Of a DNA stretch of 50,035 nucleotides, positions 32,102 through 43,900 are shown one piece after another. Both the position numbers and the translations under genes were made by a program. The notes under the pieces are model-generated. The model searched no databases, was not told the origin of the DNA, and was given only the letters and a program-made list of their open reading frames with translations. The stretch's first letter is position 1. The number at the start of each line of letters is the position of its first letter. The stretch comes from Planctomycetota bacterium (GTDB lineage Bacteria > Planctomycetota > SZUA-567): contig JAVBTZ010000058.1 of assembly GCA_031555915.1 (NCBI GenBank), positions 1 to 50,035 on the forward strand. Reading direction: 5' to 3'.

Positions 32102-33175
32102 CTACTCTTCCGCCTTCACCATGTCCCAAACCTTGACATACTTCGCATTGTCCGCGCCAAGGTCGCGAATAACCTCGCACTTGCTCATGACACTCTCGGG
32201 GACGTTAAAGGCATGATTGTCGCGGAATTCCTGGTCGAGCTGCTCAACCGCAGCGGGATTCGGCATGTAAAAACGAATCGACTCCATGTTCTGCCGGGCT
32301 ATCTCGGGATTCAGCAGGAAGTTGATGAACGCATGCGCCAGATCGATATTCGGGGAGTCGGCGGCGATGACAAAGTCGTCCGACGCCAGGGAAGAACCTT
32401 CCTTGGGAATGAAGAAGTCGATGTCCGGATTCTCTTCCATCGCCAGGGCAATGTCGCCATTGTAGGCGTGGATGACCAGGAATTCACCGGAGGCAAGACC
32501 GATTTTCGCCTCGTCGACATCGAACTTGGCCAGATTCTTCTTCCAGCGCGTCAGCACCTTGCCGGCTTCGGCCAGTTGTTTTTCATCGGTGGTGTTCAGG
32601 CTGTAGCCGAGAAACTTGAGGGCGGCGCCAATCGTCTCCCGCATGTCGTTAAGCATGGTCATGCGTTTCGAAAAAATGTTCTTGCCGAAAATGTCCCAGC
32701 TGCCCAAATCTTCCGCATGCACCCGCCGCTTATTGTAGCCGACCCCGGTGACCGAACGGGTATAAGGAACGCTGTAAGTCATATTGGGGTCTTCGGTGTG
32801 ACGGGTGAAACTGGAATCAATGTTATGAAGATTGGGAAGGCGCTTGGGATCCAAATCCGCCAGCATCCCCTGCTTCCTCATGATGGCCGACATGTACGAC
32901 GAGGGGGTAATCAAGTCGTAACCGCCGCCGCCAGCCTTGAGTTTCGCGTACATGGATTCGTTGGAATCAAAGTAGTCAATCGCCAGCTGGCAATGGAATT
33001 CTTTTTCAAATTGATAAATGACGTCGGAGTCGAGGTAATCCGACCAGGTATAGATATGGACGACCCGTTCCTTCTCAGCCGCAAAACCCGGCCCTATTCC
33101 GCCGACCAACAGCAAAAGCAACCCGCAAACAACCCAGCCAACCCGCAAAACCGCTTTCCTCTTTGTCGCTGACAT
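32102..33175 (-). CDS. potD: Spermidine/putrescine ABC transporter substrate-binding protein (orphan)
   Basis: Signal/TM helix VVCGLLLLLVGGIGPGFA, then VVHIYTWSDYLDSDVIYQFEKEF...SNESMYAKLKAGGGGYDLITPSSYM, which is typical of PotD/PotF. No potABC genes are adjacent. Confidence 0.9.
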   Translation of the reverse strand: MSATKRKAVLRVGWVVCGLLLLLVGGIGPGFAAEKERVVHIYTWSDYLDSDVIYQFEKEFHCQLAIDYFDSNESMYAKLKAGGGGYDLITPSSYMSAIMRKQGMLADLDPKRLPNLHNIDSSFTRHTEDPNMTYSVPYTRSVTGVGYNKRRVHAEDLGSWDIFGKNIFSKRMTMLNDMRETIGAALKFLGYSLNTTDEKQLAEAGKVLTRWKKNLAKFDVDEAKIGLASGEFLVIHAYNGDIALAMEENPDIDFFIPKEGSSLASDDFVIAADSPNIDLAHAFINFLLNPEIARQNMESIRFYMPNPAAVEQLDQEFRDNHAFNVPESVMSKCEVIRDLGADNAKYVKVWDMVKAEE

Positions 33176-33509
33176 CGCCCACTCCTTCCCTGGAAAAACC
33201 CGCCGGCTTCCCTCGTCAATCCCGTTTTTACCGAAGTTCACCCGATATTAAAGTAAAAAAACAGAAAAAGCAATCTCAATTCAACTGCTTGTCATTATTG
33301 GACATACGATACTGTCCGATAAAAATCGATATTATCCGACATTATTTCTGAACCAAGGCCGGAAATAAGTCGATCAATCATTATCGGAGCTTAGAATCCC
33401 GCAGAAACCACGGCGGGAGCAGAAGATGGCTTTGGGGTAAGAACTACGCCGCTCCGACAGAATTTTTCCATAAAAATGTTGGTTTTGGTCACGCGGTTAG
33501 TTTGCTTCA

Positions 33510-33658
33510 GGGCACCTCTAAAAATGCTATTTTGCCCGGATACTTCGTCAGGGCTTCGCTCTCGCGTTTTGTAACACAAACCACCACCGCGTGTTACAAA
33601 ACGCTGCCGCTACGCCCTTCCTCGTCTGCGGGCAAAATAGCTATTTTTAGAGGTGCCC
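33510..33658. repeat. Repeat family B, copy 2 (inverted relative to copy 1)
   Basis: Same 149-bp element, same termini and central hairpin. It lies in the divergent potD / Pro-rich-gene intergenic region. Confidence 0.9.
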
Positions 33659-33833
33659 TTTAGGCGGTAGGGGAACGGCGGCCGGGTGACCGGTTTTCTT
33701 ATCACGGAAGAAAACCCCAGCCAGGCCTGTTCCAGGGGAAACAGGTTGTGGGTCGGCCGTTGTTTAAACGAAAAAGATTCGGTCATATTTGTTGAATGAC
33801 TTTTTCAAAAAAAAACGTTGGGAGAAGAAAATT

Positions 33834-35657
33834 ATGCGTACGTCCAGATTGTTCACTTCGGTAGTGGCCACCTTGGCACTAATGTATTCCTCGGGATGCT
33901 CGGGGAATCAGGCGGTACGTTCCACCGCCTTCAACTGCAACCAGCCCCTTCCGCCGATGCAATACGTCAACCAGCCCGCCAGCTACACCGCCGGCGCCCC
34001 GGTTTGCGTCGACACCCGGGGACAACAGGTCGCACTCGTCAAAAAGAAGAAAGTCAAGGTGCCGAAAGGATACAGCTACGCCGCTCCCAGCTCCTACTGC
34101 ACCGCCCCGGCCAACCATTACTACCTCGCCTCCGACCCCTGCCTGGCCGGCTATACCAGCAACTACTCCGGCTACGCCACCGTTCCCTACACCGGAACCG
34201 CCAACCTCTTGACCAACCCCGGCTATGTCCCCGCCGTTCAATCTCCCACGTATGTCGCCGACCCCGGTTACGGCCAGGTCGCCGGCTATGCGGCCGGCAG
34301 TTGCCCCCCGGCCGTCGCCATCACCCCCGGCACGCCCTATCCCGCCGGCGCGGTCGCCGCGCCGCCGGCCGACTGCCGCACCGTTTACCGTAAAGGCCGC
34401 CGGGCCCGTCCCGCCAAACCGAACCTCTGCCCACCCGGGGTCCAACAGGTAGCGCCCTATCAATATCAATACCAGTGCCCGCCGGCTCCCGTCTACGCCC
34501 CGGCCCCGGCCCCCGTGTATACCCCGGCCCCCGCACCCGTATACACCCCGCCGGAACCTATCCAGGAGCCCGCGCCCCCGTTCCCGACCATAACCCCGGC
34601 CCCGGCCCCGATTCCGGAGCCTGTTGTGCAGCCGGTGATTCAACCGGTGGTGCAGATCCCGGAACCAACCCAGGGACCGATTATCCAGCCGGTGATTCAA
34701 CCGATAGTCCAGACGCCTGACCCGGTCCAGGGACCGATCATTCAACCCGTCATCCAGCCTATCGTGCAGTCGCCGCCGAATCCCGAACCAATCATCCAGT
34801 CGCTGGTCCTGAAGACCAGTTCCGAACATCAGGGCGATCCGCAACCGGTGGTGCAGAAAGTGGAGATTCAAACCTCCACCTCCAACGTCGCACCTGAACC
34901 CATCACCCAATCCCTGGTGATTAAACCCACCACCACCAACACCGAACAAGCGCCGATTATGCAGCCGGTGATTTTTCAGCCGACCACCCAGTCCAGCGTG
35001 CAGCAGCCGATTATCCAGCCCGTCGTGATTCAGCCGGTCATCCAGCCGATTATCCAGGCCCCGGCCCAGCAACAGATAATGCCCGCGGTGGTGCAGGCTC
35101 CTCCGCCTCCTCCCCCCCCGCCCGTGCCGCAGTGGATTCCCCCGGTGATCCAGCCGGTCATCCCGCAGTACGTGCCGCCGCCCCCGGTCGCCGAACCCAC
35201 CTTCGCCACGGTGGTGCCGCCTTACGCGGGTCCGACCAGCTCGGGGTTTGAGTCGGGCGTCCTGGGGGCGGGGTATTGCCCTCCCGACATTTGCCCGGTT
35301 CCCAATCCGGTCCTGTGCGCGCCGGGACAGAATTTGTCCGAATGCTTCACCCTCAATGAAAACCAGCTCCTGAACAGCCCGCAGGTTTATGTCCCCAACG
35401 CCATGGCGCCGCTGCCGATTTCCGTGCCGCCGGTGAATGTGCTTCCCTCACCCACGGCTCAGCAGTACGACCTCGGCCTCCAGGCCCCGCTGCCCATTCC
35501 CACCGATGCGGGCAGGATGATTGTGAGCCGGCCGGAAGTGAGCATGCCGTCGCCGATTGGCACGGCCGACCTCGCGACCCCGGTCGCGCCTTCCTCGGAA
35601 ATCGAAAATGCCCTCGATGCCATGCTGGGTTCGCCTGCTCCCACCTACCTGAAGTAA
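33834..35657 (+). CDS. Cys/Pro-rich repeat lipoprotein (putative cell-envelope protein)
   Basis: ATG at 33834 after GGGAGAAG. MRTSRLFTSVVATLALMYSSGCSG is a signal plus lipobox-like Cys. Tyr/Pro/Cys-rich N-region. Repeats (PAPAPVY)x3 and about three 20-aa repeats PVIQPIVQxPxPxQGPIIQ (nt ~34620-34800). Run of 9 Pro. Cys-rich C-region YCPPDICPVPNPVLCAPGQNLSEC. Confidence 0.7.
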   Translation: MRTSRLFTSVVATLALMYSSGCSGNQAVRSTAFNCNQPLPPMQYVNQPASYTAGAPVCVDTRGQQVALVKKKKVKVPKGYSYAAPSSYCTAPANHYYLASDPCLAGYTSNYSGYATVPYTGTANLLTNPGYVPAVQSPTYVADPGYGQVAGYAAGSCPPAVAITPGTPYPAGAVAAPPADCRTVYRKGRRARPAKPNLCPPGVQQVAPYQYQYQCPPAPVYAPAPAPVYTPAPAPVYTPPEPIQEPAPPFPTITPAPAPIPEPVVQPVIQPVVQIPEPTQGPIIQPVIQPIVQTPDPVQGPIIQPVIQPIVQSPPNPEPIIQSLVLKTSSEHQGDPQPVVQKVEIQTSTSNVAPEPITQSLVIKPTTTNTEQAPIMQPVIFQPTTQSSVQQPIIQPVVIQPVIQPIIQAPAQQQIMPAVVQAPPPPPPPPVPQWIPPVIQPVIPQYVPPPPVAEPTFATVVPPYAGPTSSGFESGVLGAGYCPPDICPVPNPVLCAPGQNLSECFTLNENQLLNSPQVYVPNAMAPLPISVPPVNVLPSPTAQQYDLGLQAPLPIPTDAGRMIVSRPEVSMPSPIGTADLATPVAPSSEIENALDAMLGSPAPTYLK

Positions 35658-35696
35658 AAAAATCCGGGCCGCTTTGGGGCGGTCCGGGTTTTTTTT
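35656..35696. terminator. Bidirectional rho-independent terminator between convergent genes
   Basis: A7 - ccgggccgc / gcggtccgg stem (9 bp including one G-U) - T8. It sits between the Pro-rich gene stop (35657) and the CheY-like gene stop (35734). Confidence 0.8.
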
Positions 35697-35733
35697 GTTG
35701 GCTCCGGTGCGGCCGGCGGCCGGGTTTGGCGGT

Positions 35734-36111
35734 TCAACCGGCCCCCTTTTTGAGAATCCCCCCCACGACTTCGTTGAATTTGTCGCTTTCGAAGGGTTTA
35801 CGCAAATAATTGGTCGCGCCGCTTTGGATGGCTTCGATAATGCGCTCCCGCATGACTTCGGTGGTTATCATCACCACCGCGATGTGCTTGGTGTCGTCTT
35901 TGGCGCGAATGGCGCGAAGGCATTCCAAACCGTTCATAACCGGCATGTTCCAATCCAGCAGGATGAGGCCGACGTCGTCGTGCGCTTTGAGGAGTTCCAG
36001 GACCGCGTCGCCGCCGTCGGCTTCGAGAATGTCCATGCTGCCCAGATTGGCGAGCATTTTCTGGACAATGCGGCGCATGGTCAGGGAATCATCGGCGATG
36101 ATGACCTTCAT
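35734..36111 (-). CDS. Single-domain CheY-like response regulator
   Basis: 125 aa from MKVIIADDS. Acidic pocket DD, phospho-acceptor LLDWNMP, T in VVMITTE, K in YLRKPF. No other che genes are adjacent. Confidence 0.9.
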   Translation of the reverse strand: MKVIIADDSLTMRRIVQKMLANLGSMDILEADGGDAVLELLKAHDDVGLILLDWNMPVMNGLECLRAIRAKDDTKHIAVVMITTEVMRERIIEAIQSGATNYLRKPFESDKFNEVVGGILKKGAG

Positions 36112-36267
36112 GTCATCCCCTTCTGGGAGATTTCTGGGAGAATTATGAAGTTCAAGTGCCATCGTGGCAACCTCACCGCGTCAGTATACAAAATATTACT
36201 TACCTGCAACAGAATTTTTTGGTCCCCCGCATGCTTTCCGCACTCCGCTTTGGGGAAACGAACGCCC

Positions 36268-37545
36268 TCACACCTTTTGCAACGCCTGAAGCAAATCCTC
36301 CCTTAAATCCTCAACCCCCTCGATTCCCACCGACAACCTGACAAACCCGGGGCTAATCCCCGCCGCGGCCAGTTCCTGGTCCGACATCTGGCGGTGGGTG
36401 GTCGAGGCGGGATGCAGGACGCAGCTTTGCGCGTCGGCGACATGAGTGGCGATGTTGATGCGTTTCAAAGCGCCCATGAACCGTTCGGCTTTTTGCCGCT
36501 CGCCGGCAATGCCAAAGGAGACTACGCCGCAGGAACCGTTGGGGAGATATTTTTTCGCCAATTCGTGACAGGTGTCGCCGGGGAGGGAGGGGTAGCGGAC
36601 AAAGGCGACTTTGGGGTGTTTCCGCAAAGTTTGGGCCAGGTCCAGGGCGGATTCGCAATGGCGTTGCATCCGAAGATGCAGGCTTTCCAGACCGAAGTTG
36701 AGGAGGTAGGCGCTCATGGGGGACTGGACGCAGCCGAAATCCCGCATGAGGTGGGCGGTGGCTTTGGTGATATAAGCGCCGCCGAGACCGAAACGTTCGG
36801 CATACACCAATCCGTGGTAGGTGGGGTCGGGCCGGTTCAGGCCGGGGAATTTGTCGGGATGCCGGGTCCAGTCGAATTTTCCCGCGTCGACAATGGCGCC
36901 GCCGAGGCTGGCGCCGTGTCCGTCCATGTATTTGGTGGTGGAATGGGTGACGATGTCGGCGCCGAATTCAATGGGACGGCAATTTACCGGAGTGGGAAAA
37001 GTGTTGTCGATAATGAGCGGCACGCCGTGATTATGGGCGGATGCGGCGAAACGCTCGATATCGAAGACTGATAATGAGGGATTGGCGACAGTTTCGCCGA
37101 AGACCAGCCTGGTGTTCGGGCGGTAGGCGCGGTCGAGTTCGGACTCGGTGCAGTTGCTGGACAGGAAAGTGACTTCAATGCCCATTTGTTTCAAAGTATG
37201 GGAGAACAAATTGTAGGTTCCGCCATATATTTCCGAAGTGGCGATGAAGTGGCCGCCGGCTTGGCAGATATTGAATACGGCGAAAAAATTGGCCGCCTGT
37301 CCCGAACCGGTAAGCATGCCGGCCGAACCGCCTTCGAGGGCGGTTATCTTGGCGGCGACGTTGTCGCAGGTGGGGTTCTGGAGGCGCGAATAGAAATAAC
37401 CGCTTTTTTCGAGGTCGAAGAGGGCGGCCATTTCGGCGGAAGAGTCGTATTTGAAGGTGGTGGATTGAATGATGGGGAGTTGTCGGGGCTCGCCATTCTT
37501 GGGGAGGTAGCCTCCCTGGATGCAGAGGGTGTCGATAGTTGGCAT
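36268..37545 (-). CDS. metY: O-acetylhomoserine (thiol)-lyase / sulfhydrylase (Cys/Met-metabolism PLP enzyme)
   Basis: LCIQGGY, YSRLQNPT, SGQAANF, PLP-Lys context IVTHSTTKYMDGHG, LSVGIE. 425 aa. Confidence 0.93.
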   Translation of the reverse strand: MPTIDTLCIQGGYLPKNGEPRQLPIIQSTTFKYDSSAEMAALFDLEKSGYFYSRLQNPTCDNVAAKITALEGGSAGMLTGSGQAANFFAVFNICQAGGHFIATSEIYGGTYNLFSHTLKQMGIEVTFLSSNCTESELDRAYRPNTRLVFGETVANPSLSVFDIERFAASAHNHGVPLIIDNTFPTPVNCRPIEFGADIVTHSTTKYMDGHGASLGGAIVDAGKFDWTRHPDKFPGLNRPDPTYHGLVYAERFGLGGAYITKATAHLMRDFGCVQSPMSAYLLNFGLESLHLRMQRHCESALDLAQTLRKHPKVAFVRYPSLPGDTCHELAKKYLPNGSCGVVSFGIAGERQKAERFMGALKRINIATHVADAQSCVLHPASTTHRQMSDQELAAAGISPGFVRLSVGIEGVEDLREDLLQALQKV

Positions 37546-37630
37546 GTTTGTCTTTTCGTTTTCTTATCGTATGAAGGACATGAATCCCGGCTGGGGTCTG
37601 TGTAATAATTCTGCCATTGCCACACTGTCT

Positions 37631-37659
37631 TTTGTATGGGAGCGTGGCGGCTCCGTCAA
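37631..37659 (-). promoter_or_regulatory. Sigma-70-type promoter candidate for metY
   Basis: Minus strand TTGACG-N17-TACAAA, about 85 nt upstream of the metY ATG. Confidence 0.3.
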
Positions 37660-37793
37660 GAGGTTGGGTGGGATAAAAAAAATCGAATCAATTTTTGGCG
37701 TAGACGATTGCCGACCCCTGAAATAACGGGAAATTTACTAACCGGTTGGGTTTAGCCGAACGGGCAAAAACCACTGGGGGCAGGTAAAAAATA

Positions 37794-37822
37794 TTGGTTT
37801 TTGCGTTATAATACATTATAAT
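37794..37822 (+). promoter_or_regulatory. Sigma-70-type promoter candidate for the giant gene
   Basis: TTGGTT-N17-TATAAT in an AT-rich tract. A second TATAAT lies 11 nt upstream. Confidence 0.4.
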
Positions 37823-37830
37823 CGAACCAC

Positions 37831-37863
37831 GCCACTGTTACGGGAACCTCCCATAACAGTGGC
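37831..37863 (+). promoter_or_regulatory. 5'-UTR hairpin of the giant gene
   Basis: gccactgtta-13 nt-taacagtggc, a perfect 10-bp stem between the candidate promoter and the GGAAGGGGA RBS. Confidence 0.4.
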
Positions 37864-37909
37864 ATAAATATAGGGTTAGATAATTGATAATCTGGAAGGG
37901 GAAGCCTAA

Positions 37910-40900
37910 ATGTTTATCGGCCGCCGTCGGAACAAGTCTGGTTCGAAATCGGAATCGGTCAAGTCTCAAGGTGGAGTTACCCCAGGCCCCCAACCAGCCA
38001 TGGACTGGACCACGGTGGTAGGCAAACATTCCATGCTGCTGGCACTGGAACCGCGGTTCATGTTCGACGGCGCGGGAGTGGCGATGCCGGATGCCCCGAT
38101 CCCGACCGACGCGATAATCGGCGACGGCGCCGATGTACCGGCCGGAGACTCTTCCGACGCGGGACTGGACGGTGGGGACAAATCGACCGGGACAGATGCA
38201 ATCGATCCAACCGAACCAAACGCGGCAGACGAAGCGAATCATAAATTTCAGGCGGCCTTGTTTACGGCCGGGGCGTTTTCGGATGACAACGGCAATGGTT
38301 TTACCGAACGGGACACAGTCAGGCCGATGGCCTCGCCTCTAATGGCTATACTGCAGGGAGAAAGTCAGGATCCCGGCGCCCCAAGCATTAGCATACCCGA
38401 TAGTAAGGACCACCTTGCCATTGATGAAAGCGGCAGCATTACGATACGGGACATAGAGGTGGCGGATACCGATGACAATGGGCAAGCAAACACCAACGCG
38501 ATCACTGTAACCATCTGGCTGTCTTCAGAAAATGACGCGAGCGGAGTCAACCGGGGCAATCTCGGCAAGTTGGATTTTACCAACTACAACCCGAATAGTC
38601 ACGAAGGCATCACTCTCACTTGGGGAAATGGACCGGAAGATCACGTGGTGGGTGAATACGCCACCATTACTGCAACTGCCGACAAGCTTAACGATATCCT
38701 GGGTGCCTTCAATTTCAACGGCGAGAAAGACGCCAACGGCCAGCAGATTATTAATATCAAGGTTTCGGACGGCAGCAAAGACACCACCAGCCAAATTTTT
38801 GTCGATATCACCCCTCAGAATAGCGACCCCACCTACGAACTAAATTTGAAAGACGATAATTTCAGCACGCCCGAGGATGAGTATACCCAACTCAAGGACG
38901 CGGTGAAATTCACCGACCTGGACTTCAAGTATCCCAATCTGGCCGATCGCGACAGTCTGACTGTAACTCTGGCGGTTGGTAAGGGAAGCTTTTATATTAA
39001 ACAGGGCGGGGCATACGTTGGGGCCGAGAGTCTTGCCAACGTCACTTTACTGAACGGCGTCTATACGATTACCGGCACAGACGCCGAGGTCAACGCGAAC
39101 CTGAGCGGGTTGTATTACAAAAACACCACGGAAAATTATTACGGCACCGACACCCTGACGGTAAAATATTGGGACAAAGCGGGAGCCGCCAATCCGGGTA
39201 CTTTTGACGTTGACATCAAAATCACCCCGGTCGACGACGCTCCGACCATCGATCCCACCGCCACTCTAACAACTGGAGCAAAGGAAGGTCAGAAAGAGGT
39301 CCTGCTCACGGCGGATTTGTTCAAGATTAGTGACGTCGACAACGACCCGGTTCAGCTGGTGGTCACCATTCGGGGGCTTCCCATTCACGGCAAGCTGCAA
39401 ATCAAGAACGGGGAAAACAGCTTTTCCGATTTGGTGGTTGGGAACACCTTTACCTATAAGGACATAATTGACAGCAAGCTCTACTATTCCCACGACGGCA
39501 GCCAGGTGTTACCGGGAGATCTGGCGACCCTGACGGACAGTTTTGTATTTTCCGTCTACGACGGGGCGGGATCCACTTATTTATCGGGGGACAGCGGTCC
39601 GAAAGTGGGGGATTTGCAGACGGTGGAGAATGGACCGGGGTATATCGCGGGCCAGCCGACCAATGTGGAGTTTACGATAGACCTTACGCCGGTCAACCAG
39701 AAGCCGGGGGTTGCCACCGAGAAGATTGCTTTCTACGAGGGACAGGACAACGTCGAAATCAAGATCGCGATTAACGATCTTGACGACGCGACCTACTTCG
39801 GCAACAGTGCGGACGACAACGTTTTCATTGTCACCAAGCGGGTGACGGCAGAGGGAACCACCAAATACTTCGAGTACGGCACTTTGGTTCGGTCCGACGG
39901 CAAGCCGATGACCTTGGTCGATCGTGCGGATCTGGTCGCCGGCGAGACCCTGACCGGTTTCTGGATCAGCGCCAAGGCGCTGGCCGACGGCAAGCTGATT
40001 TACCAACACGACGGCAGCGACGCCTGGGAAAACGGCACGCCCAAATTTACCGACCGCTCCGGCATAACCACCAACGACCAATTCGCCGTCTACGTTCTGG
40101 ACGGCGGCGGCGGCGAAGGCGCGAAATTGGGCGGGTTCAAGGAAATTCGCCTTGAGGTAAAACCCAATAATGACATGCCGTATTTTATTGACGGCAGTAA
40201 AGCCGAGCGTGACGATCTGGGTCAATACGACAAGACAACCAAGACTTATCATGACGAGGATCATTCGATTGCCGGCGGCACTAACGTCATCGATGACGTC
40301 GCCGGCGTGGTCAATAACCGGGGCAATGGCGTGCCATGGGTCATCAACCTGAATCCAAGTAAAACCGCCGGTGCGGCGGTGGGCGGCCTTAATGTGATGG
40401 ACCGGGATTCGTTGGCCGGGGCGATTACCTATACCATCAAGGATAGCCCCGGGTTCGTCGGTACCATCCGCCGCATCATTGATGAAAACTACACGGGTCC
40501 AGGTGGTAATGAAGAACCTTATGTCCTCTATGAAACTTTGGGAACAGGTTCCTCCTTTACCCAAGCGGAAGTGGACGCCGGTAAAATTGTCTATGTAGCC
40601 GGAGAGGGCGGAACGGAGACGGACCCGCTAATTGACCAACTGGTTCTTGAAGTTAGGGACGGCTCCAAAACCGCTTGGTATAAGGATCCCGTGACCAAAG
40701 ATATCACCACCACCGGCATTGAAGGCGGCGTGTTGGATGGGGTTGTCGACGGCAAGTCGGATTTCAAGCAGGTTTCGGTGATTTTCGAGATTGGTAAGCT
40801 GACTGATGACGGTAAAGCGCATGACGGGGTGACCATCCCCGATCCGACTCTTGCCGTCACCGGCAGCACGGTCGATGTCTTTGAAGACAGCTTCACGGTA

Positions 40901-43900
40901 CTTACCGACACGATGCTCGAGGTTACGCACAGTTACGCAAATTTACCTGCCGGAGTAAGCACTCCCGCCAATCCCCTGTTTGTTTACACCCTCGAAGTTA
41001 CGCCGGAATACGGCGAGTTGTGCCGTTGGGAAGCGGGGAAATGGGTGCCATTGAACACCTACGACACCTTCACCCAGGCGGACGTGCATAACGGCCGCAT
41101 CGCTTACCGCCACAAGGGGACGGAAGACTTCACCGACCACCTGAAGATTTCCGTATTCGACCCCGACACCGACACGCGCACCTATCTTTACGCCGCCGCC
41201 AATCAAGGCGCTACGAAATATGTTCAAGACGCTACCTCGGGGATCGATCAAAACGGCCTGATAATCCACGTCAAAGCTTCGAACGACACCCCGGTGATTA
41301 CCGATGTCACCAAAACCTTCAGCGAAGGCACCCGGGGCAGCCAGACCAGCAGCCCGGGCGGCTTCAGTGACGGCCTGATTTTGGACCACACGGTAATTAA
41401 AATAGGCGACAGCGACAGCGAGGCGGCTCGGGGCGGTACGGGTAATTACAACGACAATGGCTTCGCCAACGATACCAACCATGCCGATACCACTTTTGTC
41501 TTCACTTCCAAGCCTCAGCATGGCGCAATTTACGTATGGATTGGCGGTGAAGGAGCACCCTCCAATACCAATTATAGCGATGTAAATAGCTGGTACAAAT
41601 TGACCGACGCCAACTATTCCACTACCGAAGGTTCCAAGGATTTCGACGAGTGGACTACTACCTTTAAACTTGTCAGCGAAAATAAATCCGACGTCATCAA
41701 ATTCACCTACAAACAACTCGTGGATGGCTGCATTCGTTATGTCCACAACGGCGAGGATTACAATCCCAATGGCGGGGCCGATCCCGCCAATGTCGGCTTT
41801 ACCGAAGAATTGACCGTCCGCGCCAACGACGGCAAGGGTGTTGAAGCCGACACCGACCAGAGCGGCCAGACCTCTCCTACCGACGGCAACAAGCAGAGCA
41901 TTTCCAACGAAGGCAAGATTATCATTAATATCACCCAGGTCGACGATCCGCCGGAACAGGAGAAGGTGTCCGGCGACGCCAAGGGCAGCAAATTCGAAAC
42001 GCCGGAAAACGGCACCTTCATCCCCGCCACCCAATACGAGGGCAAGGGTTATACCCGGGATTATCATCAGGATTCCGTCGGCACGGTCATTACCGCCAGT
42101 CACCTGTCTTACACCGACACCGACAGTTCCAATGTGCAGCTGCAGTATTTCATCACCGCCACACCCAGCCAGGGCGCCTTGTATTTATTCAAAGGCGGCA
42201 CTTCCACCGAGGCAAATGGCGTTTGGACCCATACCGGCGGCGGCACCTGGGTGCAACTGGGCGTGGAAAGCGTCTTCACCCAACAGGACATCATTGACGG
42301 CCGGGTAAAGTACGTGCATAACGGCGAAGAAACGCACCACGACTATTTCGATTTCCAAATCGGCGACGGCGTCACCACCATTGTACAGGGAAATGACGCC
42401 TTGAACCAGGGCGGCACGGTGGTAAAACCCAGCGTCCGCTTCGACATCTACGTCCTCCCCGCCAACAACCCGCCGGAAATAACCGTCGATGACGGTAAAG
42501 TTCGGCATGGGGACGGTTACATCTACCTGCTGGAGCCGGAAGGGGTGGCGCTGAGTGATAAGGATCTGAGCGGGGTCTTCAAGGTCAGCGACCGGGATTA
42601 CTCCGACGTCGGCGAAGGGAACGCCTACGATAAGTTCAAGCCAGACGACGATGCATCGGACGGCATTGTCCCCGACACTACCGACAATAGCACTGAAGCG
42701 GACCGGCAGATCCAGGCCACCATCTATGCCGCCAAGAGCGGCTACAAGAATAGTTTTAATAAGGAAACGGGAACCGGCGGGTTTGAAAGTTACAAAGGCG
42801 ACGCTGGCGTCGAACTCTGGGGGAGCTTCAAGTTCTACAAAAAAGACGGAGCCAACTTTGTGGAAGTTGATGCAACCGCCCTGAAAAATGACTTTAACGT
42901 AACGGTAGTAAGTAGCGATACCGGCATGGTGCAACTGCTCGGTTCCGAGGCAGATATCAACACCGCCTTGGCGATGCTTCGTTATGTCCCGGGGAAGGTT
43001 AGCAGTACAGCGGATTCACGCCAGGACAGCGACCTTGACAGTGGCGTCGACATCATCCTGGTCGTCAATGACCGGGGGAACGGCGACGGTTCCGACGCGG
43101 CGAATAAAAACGAGGGAGACAACTGGGATCTCAAGGCCGAAAGCGCGGTCAAGGTGTTTGTCAGCACCTTTAATGACCCTCCGACCAGCATCAATGACCA
43201 AACCATCACCACGCCGGAAGACACGGCCGTGCAGTTTTCCAAGAGCATCGGCGGGATGAATTCACCCTTCGCCGATGTCGACGGCATCGTTAGCGGCAAC
43301 GGCAACGTCGCCGTCCTGACGGTAGGACACGGCAAGCTGTCGTTCGAAGGCGGGCTTCCCAAAGGAGTGACCCAAACCACCAGTAAAGATTCGCAAACCG
43401 GCGCGACCACCGTCACCCTGACCGGATCTCTCGCCGGCATCAACGCAGCCATGAAGCGGCTAACCTACACCGGCGACCACAACTGGAACGGTCCCGACAC
43501 CCTCCGCGTCGAATACAGTGACGGCATGAACCAGAATAACGTTGCGGATGCGGTTTTCACCAAAGACTGCAGATTCGACATCGCCATCACTGTCACCCCG
43601 GTCAACGACACGCCGACCCTGAACGTGCCGGCCAACACCGACGTCGAGCCGATTGCCGTGTCCAATAATATTGGTGACAAGACGCCGATCCAAGGTACCA
43701 TTGCCGGTAAATTTATCACGATCGGGGACGTCGATCTGGGCGACAGCGCCACTCCCGCCAATTCCAATAACCTGACGAATAACACCACGGGGGACATCGA
43801 CCCCTCCGGCAACGGCAGCCGGCCACAGGCGACGGTGGATACCGTGCCTATGTCGGTCACCCTCACCACTACCTATAATGGGGCGGACATCGGCGCCCTG

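Noticed and set aside
37546-37700. Expected SAM-type riboswitch in the metY leader
   Set aside because: I could not find SAM-I, SAM-II or SAM-V consensus elements on the minus strand. Only a plausible sigma-70 promoter and a ~85-nt leader are visible. An Infernal scan would settle it.
37831-37863. GCCACTGTTACGGG upstream of the giant gene resembles the conserved GCCACTG core of cobalamin riboswitches
   Set aside because: It is simply the 5' arm of a 10-bp hairpin. None of the other conserved cobalamin-riboswitch elements (GGTGxGAAxTCC, B12-box context) are present, and the region is too short.
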